From the NCBI GenBank assembly GCA_030390025.1, contig CM059431.1, positions 131,752,001-131,816,000 on the forward strand: a stretch of DNA of 64,000 nt. The letters are read 5' to 3'. The position numbers and the translations under genes are program-made. The stretch's first letter is position 1. The number at the start of each line of letters is the position of its first letter. Under the pieces are notes generated by a model. The model did not search any database. It saw only the letters and a program-made list of their open reading frames with translations, and was not told the DNA's origin. Source of the stretch: Squalus acanthias. Lineage: Eukaryota. Of this stretch, positions 26,299 to 36,616 are shown one piece after another.

Positions 26299-27601
26299 AA
26301 CTTGCTGAGTACGTACTCAAGACTAATAAAACTCCACTAATGAAAGTAATTATTTCCAAGGTACTTACAGTTGTGCCTCTATCTGTTCCACTGAACTGGT
26401 CTCTTAACCAGAAGTGCATGGTGCATTTATGTTTTGTTTATACATCCTGTACTTAATAACCCCCTCTCCTTTATGAAATTTCATGTAGTTATCATTACAT
26501 TGTGTTGTTCTGCAAGATGACAATTCCAAATGCAGTCTTTTTAGAGCAGATATTCTATTTTCCAGGTGAATTTGAGATCCTTGAATGCATACAATTAGCA
26601 TCAACTCTGCACCATTGGTTCCTGGTGAATTATTAGTAGAAATTAACAGCACAATGATTGACGTCACGATGATTTGAAACTGGTGTGAATTAAGGGAATC
26701 TGGGTTGCACCCAGTGGAGGAGCTAGGCTTGGCTAACTTGGTTGGTCAAACTCAAGATTTGGCCGAATTGGTAGCAAGGATGGACTCGGAACTGGGGAAC
26801 GCAGACTTACCTAATATGAAGGCCAAGCCAGGAACCACACAGACTTGCAGGTCGAACCTGGAGGCCGGAGACGAGTGATAGAGGTTCCTGGGAGCGAAAT
26901 GGAGGCATTCTTCCAAAGCTGTACTGGCCGAACTCAAGATGATTGGGGGGACTATGACACCCTATACTGGCTCCGCCACTGGTTGTACCTGAGAAAACTT
27001 AAATTCCTAACAAGAATTGTGATTCAAATGGAGTAACTGTAAACTAGTTTGATTAACTTTCAGACTGGCAGGCAGGCCCATTTCATTTTACAGAGGCCTG
27101 TTAATAATTAGCATTAGGATTGCTACCCATCCAGTTTTCACCTCGGCAGTGTTTTTCAGCATTTATAAAACTGTACTCAAAGGTCTAATCTTCATGCATG
27201 TGGTCCAGTTTCCATACAGTTTTCTGGCCCATCCAGTATCTCTGTGTAGTCTTATTTTAGGAACAGGATGCTAGAGACATTCCCCACCTCTCTGGGCTTA
27301 CCCTGAATCTCCTGTGATGCTTCACAGTCTACAGCCTGTGACTAACTGCAAAAATTGGTCTCTGACAATCAGCGCTTCAGAAATATTACAAAAAACTGAA
27401 GGTGCTGGAATTCGAGCCATGAGCTGAGTGAGAGAGAGAGAGCCGCAGCTGCACCACTTGCTTTCAGAGGAGTCAGATAATGCCAAAACTGCTGCCCAGT
27501 GAGATTTAAAGAAAGAAAGAACAACACTGAAATGCGTTCACTTGGCTTATTTAAGGAACTGAAGATCAGGATATTTTAACTGAACTTTATTTTCTTCATA
27601 G

Positions 27602-27674
27602 TTTAGAAGATTATGTTGAGAGCTCTCTCCAGATACTTTTAGTTCTTGCTCAACACAAAAGTCAATTTGCGGAG
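27602..27674 (+). CDS. candidate internal coding exon of an unidentified host gene
   Basis: Acceptor TTTATTTTCTTCATAG, donor GAG|GTAAGC; 73 nt, open as x-LEDYVESSLQILLVLAQHKSQFAE; unique sequence. Confidence 0.55.
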
Positions 27675-27728
27675 GTAAGCATGTGTTTCCTATCAATCAA
27701 AACTTAACCTTGTGTGCAGAATATCTCA

Positions 27729-28452
27729 GGCCACGATTTTGCCGGCGCTCAGCGGACCCGATTGGTGGCGGGTCAGCTGTGAAATTTAAAATGATTGACA
27801 GTGGGTCAGGAACCCGCTGTCAAAACATGCACACCTGCAATTCCCGCTGTCGGGTCTGCCAGCGCTGAGCAGACCCGACAGGCAGCGGCGGGGGACCCAA
27901 TTCAAATCACTAGTGGCTTGTTTACAGCCACTTAACAATGCTTTTGTTCCCAGCTTTTGTAATTTGACAGGTCACCCACCAGTTTCCCGCTGTGCCTAGA
28001 CCTCGTCTGTGAAGCTGAGGCGGGAGGTCACTATCCATTGTTTCAGCTGATGAGTTGACAGCTTCAAATGTCAACTCAATGCTCCCAGCTGATTGAGAAA
28101 TGTTCCCTTAACCACAAGCTTCTCTAAACTGCATTTCCACTATAGATTCAGAATGCTGCAAGTCTTTACACTGACATCGCCCTCCTCGGACCCGCCACTG
28201 ACATCGCCCTCCTCGGACCCGGTACTGACCTCGCCAGCCTCGGACCCGGTACTGACCTCGTCCTCCTCGGACCCGCCATTGACCTCGCCCTCCTCGGACC
28301 CGCCACTGACCTCGCCCTCCTCGGACCCGGTACTGACCTCGCCCGCCTCGGACCCGCCATTGACCTCGCCCTCCTCAGACCCGGTACTGACCTCGCCCGC
28401 CTCGGACCCGCCACTGACCTCGCCCGCCTCGGACCCGCCACTGACCTCGTCC
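27729..28452 (-). mobile_element. family A Harbinger element, truncated, ending in a minisatellite
   Basis: End GGCCACGATTTTGCCGGCGCTCAGCGGACCC matches 47228; 27865-28170 is the reverse complement of about 6970-7275. Confidence 0.8.
28171..28452. repeat. 27-bp GC-rich minisatellite, 10.4 copies
   Basis: Unit CTGACCTCGCCCTCCTCGGACCCGCCA with GCCA/GGTA variants; 28171-28440 is exactly 10 x 27 bp. Confidence 0.95.
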
Positions 28453-28559
28453 AAGCTAGTGCAAAGAAAGATAAAAACAGCAGCTTCATAATTATCAAAA
28501 CATTCAACTAATGTAGATTTCAAAGGCACACAAAGCAACCTCTCTTATTCCTGATTCAA

Positions 28560-28815
28560 GCAACAGCAACAACAACAACTTGCATTTATATGGCGCCTTT
28601 AAAAAAGTAAAACATCTCAAGGTGCAACACAGGAGCTGATCCACATAAGCAGATATTAGGACAGATGAACAAAAGCTTGATCAAAGAGGTAGGTTTTTAG
28701 GAGCATCTTAAAGGAGGAGAGAGAGGTAGAGAGGCGGAGAGGTCTAGAGAGGGAATTCCAGAGCTTGGGGCCGAGACAGCTGAAGGTGCAGCCGGCAATG
28801 GTGGAGCGATGAAAA
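28560..28815 (-). mobile_element. L2 3' fragment
   Basis: (CAA)n CTTGCATTTATATGGCGCC tail; reverse of the 22515 and 33745 type. Confidence 0.8.
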
Positions 28816-29019
28816 GCAATTCACAAACCTTCAGGACAAAGTAAAACTGCAGACGTCTTACTTCCAGGGCCACTTAATGGAATAGCCATCACAGACCTAT
28901 TATAATTGTGAATACAATAGACTGTAGATAAGGAAATTGATAGTCTATCATTAATAATAAACGGTTCCATCACCTGGATGGGTTGTGGGTCTTCTAGCAA
29001 CCAGTTAACATTAACAAAG

Positions 29020-30440
29020 GTGAAACAAAAACAGAAAATGCCAGAAACAATCAGCAGGTCAGTCAGCATATGGGGAGAGAGATGAGTTAATGGCCCAAAA
29101 ATTCGGCCAAATACGGGAGAGTACGCACTGTGTACTCACCCGTATTCGGTCCCGAAGTGCCGGTTTCCTGCATGCACTGCGCATGCGCGGTAAACCGGCA
29201 CTTCCGGTATGGTGAAGGGGGCGGTTCCTAAGTGAACCGCGTGCGCACTACAGGCTGTGAGCACGCAGCGCACTTAGGTTTTTTTTCAGGTTTCAACGCG
29301 AGGGTAAGTATGGAAGATTTTACACATGAAAAAAGGAGGCGTAAGACCCCCTTTTAACAAGGTAAGTAGTTAATTAAGTATAATTTTAAATATTTTTCAA
29401 CAGGTTTATCTTTTTTAGAGACTTTAAAGAAAGGTAAGTTTATTTTTATAACTTAAAAAGAATTTAAATTTTTTCAAAAATTAAAATTTTTGTTTAAAGT
29501 GGTTAATTTATTTAACTATAGTTATTTTATTAATGTGATGGGGTTTTTTTTTAATTTATTTGAGGTTTAGCTGTTCTTTTGGGGGCAATTTGTATTCATA
29601 GATTTGACAGTTCTCCTGTCAAATCTATGAATGAAAGATGGTCTGCTGCCATTGGCTCTCCATGGCCCACGTGATCCCAGAGGTCGCATCGCACTAACTG
29701 CGCCTCTGGGACACGCACACACTGCGCTACGTCACCAGGGAGAGGCCCAGGACCAGAAGTTCGTGTGGGCCCGAAACACAATGGCAGGCGCGGTAGGTAA
29801 GATCGTGCGCGATCCTTACCCCCGCGGCAAGCCTCCGAGTCAAATTTCTGGGCCCATGTTTCAGGTGTGGCCCTTTGTCAGAACTGGAAGATATTTCTGA
29901 TGAACTACATTTAAAAAGGAACAGAACAAGAGGAAGAGGGAGGAGGGAAACTCACAAACACACAAGAGAAGAAATCAAGTGACTTGTAAAGTGTTTAAGT
30001 GAAAAGCAGGAGATGGTGGGGGTACAGAAGGAATCATGGAAAACTGGCAAAGCAGAGCAGGCTTTAAAGGTCCAGGAGTCTGGGATAGCAGGTCAATACT
30101 AAGGATGCACCCTACCAAAAGAGGGCCCCTACCCCAAACATCAACCACTTCTCCCCTCCCCCCTCCAAAAAATGTTGGAACACCCATCCCACACTGCCAG
30201 AACTTCTTACCAAAGAGAAAGTGGGAGGTATCGTTAAGGGCTGGAGTTACTAAAATCCAGAGGGATGCAAAGTGCCTAATAGAAAGATAAGATGCTGTTC
30301 CTCGAGCTTGCATTGGGGCTTCATTGGAACAGTGTAGAAGGAATGGGGGGGGGGGGGGGCGGGGGAAGTGTCAAATGACAGGGAGCTAAAGGTCGCACTT
30401 GCAGACAGAATGGGGATGCTGGTAAATAGGTCACCTAATC
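29020..30440 (-). mobile_element. Penelope-like 3' fragment (family P1), split by a MITE
   Basis: GIY-YIG C-terminus QCKLEEQHLIFLLGTLHPSG near 30255-30315; ribozyme region split at 29091/29855. Confidence 0.7.
29092..29854 (+). mobile_element. Harbinger-type MITE (family C)
   Basis: TIR GGCCCAAAAATT / AATTTCTGGGCC; TSD AAT / CAT; the host PLE rejoins across it. Confidence 0.85.
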
Positions 30441-32120
30441 CCATGTAATTTGAGTTTAGTTTCCCCCAACAGAAGTGAAGTGGACATCTACATCCACCAA
30501 CTTCATTGAGTACAGAGAAACAAAGGCAACAGAATATCTCTTGCGGAATCCAGTCATAGAAGCTATTTAAAAGTAGACACAATGAAATATATAGTATATA
30601 GATTCTTATAATCTGAAATAGGATGGGTCCTCAGGGTCCATCACAGTCAATTTCAACTATATAAAGGGCTGATGTGAAAAATGAGCAGATTATTCAACTT
30701 CTTTCATTCTGCGGTGCAGTCAAAATTTGTTAGAAGCTTGCTAGTAGAGAAACTAACTGGTGCTGTCTGATATACATCACTTAATATACCCACACAAAAT
30801 AACTGAATGGTTGTTGCTTTTGAAGGTCAAAAAGTCAGGATGTCATTTGTTGCAGAAAATAGTATTGGTCTAATGAGGTTTTTTAATAAACTGACCTTTG
30901 TGCTTGTTATACAAAATACACAATACACATTGGAATATTTTTGTAATTTCTGTAAGTTGTCAGTTTATAAATATTGTAGTGTCAAATGTTTAATTTCAAA
31001 CCTGTGGAGGAATAGCTGCTAAAAATTTAAAATGCTGAAATAAGGTGCTTCAACCAGCTCCATTGTTGACATCAATTGGGCTGTTCTGAAACCACGTTCC
31101 TATTACTGTCCCATTACCCCATCCATTGCCTTTCCCAATCTATTCTCCATCCAGGATTTGGCAAAAACTGGCAACTCTAAATCAAGTGTGGAGCTCTTCA
31201 GAACGTACTGTGCATCATTCTGCCTAACCTAGATCATGGACTGTCGTGTTTCAGTTGGTAAATGTACTGCCCGGTGTGCAAATATGCCATTCAGACCTGG
31301 AGATGTACGTGCCAACCATCAGCCTTTCAACCCCATGTGTCAGCTTGTTAGGATTTCAGAAGAAAAAAATATCAGCTTTTCCCCTCAGATTGGAGGTTCT
31401 ATCAAACAATTAGATCAATCTGAGATAGACTGGAGGCTGTCAGAACTAATCTGATAGGTTGGAGGGCAGAACTGGAAGTTGTCAGAATCAATCAATCACA
31501 CCTTATTTTCTCCCATTAATGGCTACATTTGAACTTGAAACAGAAATGTTTTAAGATGTTTCATGCTGGTTGCTGAGAGTCAAAGTTACAGATGTGGTTA
31601 TTTAGGGTTCCTTATCAAATAAGTTATCATACACCTTGACACTTTTGCAGAACTATACTGCAGTATGACCTCAGACCTGTCCAAGCAGCTGAAGCTCTGC
31701 TTCAGAATGCTAATTGTGTGTTCAGTGATGACGCGTGGTGCCATGGACCTCAGGATAACTGTTGTGACAGAAATGTTATGAAACATGTTTCCAGAGGGTA
31801 GCCTTGATTGCACAGGAGCCATTCTGACACTTTCATTTGTCTTCAAATATTTGTGGCATGGTGGGTCATGACAGCTGCCTGGGAAGTGAGCATTGACTTG
31901 TATAATCTGGTGCTGATAGTCACAAGTAAACTACACAATCACAGACTGAAATCCTTTCCTATTCATTTAAGTAATGGCAGTATGTCACGGCCAAATCAGT
32001 GCAATCTATGTCCAGGAATCCTACCACTTTGTGAAAATGCACATGATGTTGCTGGTTGTCCATGGGGAAAGCAATGAAATTATTTGCTTATGTAAACAAG
32101 GCATAAGTGACTTATTTAAT

Positions 32121-32865
32121 GGCCCAGAAATTAAAGACTGAGTGTTGACGCGGGGGTAAGGCTTCCCCGCGATATCTCACTCCGCGCCTTCCTTTTTCCT
32201 CCGGGCCCACACGAACTTTAGTTTCAAGGCTGCAGCTGTGCAGTGCTTGCGTGACCCAGAGACGGAGTTAGTTCGTGCGAGCTCTGGGATCACGTGATTT
32301 AGTTAGAGCCAATGGCAGCACACCATCTTTCATTCATAGTTTTGACAGGAAGACCTGTCAAAGCTATGAATAATATACCCCCCCAAAAGAACAGCTAAAC
32401 CTCAATTAAATTTTTTTAAAAAGCCATCACATTAATAAAATAAGTATAGTTAAATAAATTAACCACTTTAAACAAAAAATAAAATTTTTGAAAAAATTTA
32501 AAATCTTTTTAAAAGTTATAAAAATAAACTTACCTTTCTTTAAAGTCTCTAAAAAAGATAAACCTGTTGAAAAAAATTTAAAATAATACTTAATTAACTA
32601 CTTACCTTGTTAAAAGAGGGTCTTACGCCTCCTTTCTTTATGTGTAAAATCTTCCATGCTTACCTGCGCATTCAAAGCACGAAGTGCACTGCGTGCGCAC
32701 AGCCTGTAGCGCGCACGCGGTTCACTTAGGAACCGCCCCCTTTTGAATTCACGAAGTGCCGGTTTCCCGCGCATGCGCAGTGCATGCTGGAAACCGGCAA
32801 TTGGAGACCTAAAACGCGAGAGTACACAGTGCGTACTCTTGCGTATTAGGTCTAATTTTCGGGCC
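32121..32865 (-). mobile_element. Harbinger-type MITE (family C), inverted relative to 29092-29854
   Basis: TIR GGCCCAGAAATT / AATTTTCGGGCC; perfect TSD AAT; long reverse-complement identity with the 29-kb copy. Confidence 0.85.
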
Positions 32866-33744
32866 AATATATCTATGTAGAGCTGATTGGTTTATGTTGT
32901 TGATGTCCACTGTGCGGCTTAGCATGATCCCGAAACATTAAATGTTAAGGGCACATATGACCCTGACAGCAACTGACAGTGTCATTCCTGTGAGGAATTT
33001 GTCTGTGGTCACCTTGAAGCATGTGGCTCAACTTTGTAATGGTATTTCTTGTGAATCACAGCCTCCACAGCACTTCCAGTAAAGTAATGCCGGCAGAGCA
33101 GGAGCAGCTCCAAAGAATTTCCCGGCCTCTGAATAAATTGGAAATGGCCAAAATTATCCCAGTTTGGTTTTCTATTTGGTTAGGTGCCCTTCCGTAGGTG
33201 CAGACTTAATGTCTCCTTTGTGCCCAAGAGCAATTTTCTAATTAGCATGGAGTGGTATTTAAAGGTACTTTTTACAATGCATCAAGGAGAATTCTTCATG
33301 AGGAATGTTTGAATCAATCAGTGCACATACCTCCTGAACTCTTTTTCCTCACACAAATCTTTTTGCAGGCCATTGATCTTTAAAATTTAGATTTTTAACA
33401 ACTAGCACAAGAGCAATATCTTCCTCCTGAATTTCTGTACTGATGCTGCAGTGGATAAAACATTCAAATGAGGCCAAATAATTATATAAATGCAATTCTT
33501 AAGAAGCTATTATTTCCTATACCCATTTTAAATGGATAGAAACTTATCTGTGGTATAACAGGTTTCATTTTGTAAATCTTTATCTTATGCTACTGTTCTG
33601 TTTTATTGATTATTTGAGAATGGAGTGAATTTCCTCAAGGCTTGTCCCGTTCTGCTGCTGTCATTTTGCCAGAAAGCCCGTTTACACACAAGCCACGGAA
33701 CTGTCTCCAGTATGAGTAAGTGCCTTCGAGAGAAAAAGAGTTTA

Positions 33745-34135
33745 ACAACTGGTCCAGCAACGCCTCGATTTTAAAGTTCTTATCCTTGTTTTTAATTCCT
33801 CCATGGCCTCGCCCCTCCCTATCCGAGATCTCTGAGCTCCAATTCTGGCCTCTGGCGCATGCCGATTTTAATCGTCCACCATCGGTGGCCGTGCCTTCAG
33901 CTACCTAGGCCCTTAACTCTGGAATTCCCTCCTTAAACCTCTCCCCCTCTCTACCTCTCTCTCCTGCTTTAAGATGCTCCTTAAAATTGACCTCTATGGC
34001 CGAACTTTTGGTCATCTGCCCTAATATCTCCTTATGTGGCTCGGTGTCAAATTTTGATTGATAATCGCTCCTGTGAAGTGCCTTGGCACGTTTTACTACT
34101 TTGAAGGAGCTATATAAACGCAAGTTGTTGTTGTT
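33745..34135 (+). mobile_element. L2 3' fragment
   Basis: Same 3' end as 22515-22865; tail GCTATATAAACGCAAG(TTG)n. Confidence 0.8.
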
Positions 34136-34344
34136 TGTTGTTACTTGATTCCGCCATAGTAATCACCATATCACAGATTGCCATTATTGCTGTTAGTTCT
34201 TCTGGAAGTTTACATTTCTATCATCAGATTAGAGAAAATACTCAGGAGCTTCTCAACTGTTACGTATCCATTTGTTATTGTGGGAAAACAGATGTTACAC
34301 TGGGATACGTCCAGCTCAGTGCAATGTGCTTGTTACATCATGGC

Positions 34345-34800
34345 TCAACTGTGGCTCAGTGGGTAGCACTCTCACATCTGAGTCAAAAGGTTGTGGGTCT
34401 AAGACCCACTCCAGAGACTGAAGCATAAAAATCTAGGCTGACACTCCAGTGCAGTGCTGAGGGAGTGCTGCACTGTCAGAGGTGCCGTCTTTTGGATGAG
34501 ACGTTAAACCGAGGCCCCATCTGCTCTCTCAGGTGGACGTAAAAGATCCCATGGCACTATTTTGAAGAAGAGCAGGGGAGTTATCCCTGGTGTCCTGGCC
34601 AAAATTTATCCCTCAATCAACATCACTAAAACAGATTATCTGCTCATTATCACATTGCTGTTTGTGGGAGCTTGCTGTGCACAAATTAGCTGCCGCGTTT
34701 CCTACATTACAACAGTGACTACACTTCAAAAATACTTCATTGGCTGTAAAGCGCTTTGGGACGTCTTGAAGTCGTGAAAAGCGCAATATAAATGCAAACC
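34345..34800 (+). mobile_element. SacSINE1/AmnSINE1-like DeuSINE, full length
   Basis: A box TGGCTCAGTGG; Deu-domain GGATGAGACGTTAAACCGAGGCCCC...AAAGATCCCATGGCACTATT; L2-like tail. Confidence 0.85.
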
Positions 34801-36283
34801 TTTTTACATCGTACAGTGCATCACGCTGATCAAGCTGCTTACAACTCATCAGTAAATTCCAATTACAGTATTTGATAACTCAGGATTATCAACCATTTTT
34901 CTTATGTTTTGTTGCGGTTGGAGTCCTGCACAAAGAGGATGCTGATTTTATTCAAAAGTTTGGATCACTTTGAATATTTTTTATTAGCATGGCTCTGGAT
35001 ATCACAAGAAAATAAATGCATTGCATTTATGTCGTGCCTTTCAGCTCTTCAGGACAGTCGGAAGCACTTTTGACCATGATCTTGTCTGTTGATATTTATT
35101 AGTTTATTATTTATTTATGCTTTTTGCCACTAGTACAAAAGTTCTTGTTCATACATGTGCAAGTTGACCTTGCGTTACCTTGACATTTTCAGCTTCTTTA
35201 GAAGCCTTCCAACATAAGCTTTTCATCTTGGTGGATGGTGAAATGTTTACACCCTGCATCATAGAGGGAGAAAATGCTGCTTTTATTTCACTTAGTCTCC
35301 CCTCTGCCTAATTAAAATAAATGATTATATATTCACAAGTGACTAGTGAGCAGTATAACATGGAGAGGAGGACACGTTTGTGCTCTGGTGTATTGTGAAA
35401 TCTTTTTGAAATTTTTATTTTAAATTAAAATGCTTTTTATTTTGTCAAAGCTTACAGAGGCCAACATTTGTATTATGCCTTTATGTGGGGTTCAGATAAT
35501 TTTATTAGGAGTGAATTAGTTCTCACGAAAGCCCTTACTATTGGCTGAGGTCATTGACTCCTCTAGTGTCAAAATATTGTAAAGCAGTTTCTCTTCCTGT
35601 CATGTGACTTGCTTGAACCTCCTTCTCCCCTGAGAATTTTAAGTAAACTAAGCTGAATACTGTTAGTTAGAAGAAAGAAATTATGACTTTTGGAGTCTAT
35701 TGAATAATCTCGATAATGGTGTAAAGCTGCTCGTATTCATGTTAATAGTCATGATAGTTAATAATCATCCACTCTCCCTGAGAGTGCTACCCATGTTTAC
35801 TTTTTAATTATTGAATTAAAGATACAGCTAACATCTAAATAGATCAACTCTAACTGGGTTTGCATCCATTTCCTGCTTTTTGGAAGAAAACCGAAGTTTG
35901 ATCAAGAGATTTGCTGGACAGCCATTTTAGTGTTATTATGGTGCCCCTTCCCTGAGCCTAGGTAATCGAGAGAAAGGAAAATAACTGCAAACTTTGCAAC
36001 TTCACACGGAGTTAAATGGCAGATTTGTGAACTATTTCGTCCAGTAGCCTGGCGTTCCCTGGCATTATGTGCCGCCTTTTTCTGCAGAAGGAATGTATTG
36101 TGTTAATTGGCTGTTGCAGTCTCCAAATTCTGCAGCTGCAATCGGTCATGATGTGGGGAATGGATGGTACTAAAGGTAGGTATCGGGGATCAAGGTCCCA
36201 GGATGTGAGACATCAGTGTGTTAGCATACATTACAGGATGTAAGACAATTGACATGAGTGTTACCAAGTTACATTGCTTCTGG

Positions 36284-36616
36284 AATTGACCCTTAGTGTT
36301 AGGGGGGGATTAAATATGTGGGGTTACGGGGATAGGATGGGATATGTTAGGGGGAATTAAATACGTGGGGTTACGGGGATAGGATGGGATATGTTAGGGG
36401 GAATTAAATACGTGGGGTTACGGGGATAGGGTGGGATATGTGTCGGTGCAGGCTCGATGGGCCGAGATGGCCTCTATCTGTACTGTGGTGATTCTGTGTG
36501 AGAAAGCAGGGATAGGGTACTGGATTTGGATGATCAGCCATGATCGTATTGAATGGTGGAGCAGGCTCGACGGGCCGAATGGCCTACTCCTGCTCCTAGT
36601 TTCTATGTTTCTATGG
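36284..36616 (+). mobile_element. 3' part of an HE1-like SINE with an internal 47-bp triplication, abutting a CR1 3' tail
   Basis: Matches the reverse complement of 1229-1345; CR1 tail GGCCTACTCCTGCTCCTA(GTTTCTAT)2 at about 36500-36616. Confidence 0.8.

Noticed and set aside
28093..28538. Mucin-like or acidic repeat ORFs on both strands
   Set aside because: Translation of a 27-bp minisatellite derived from a transposon end.
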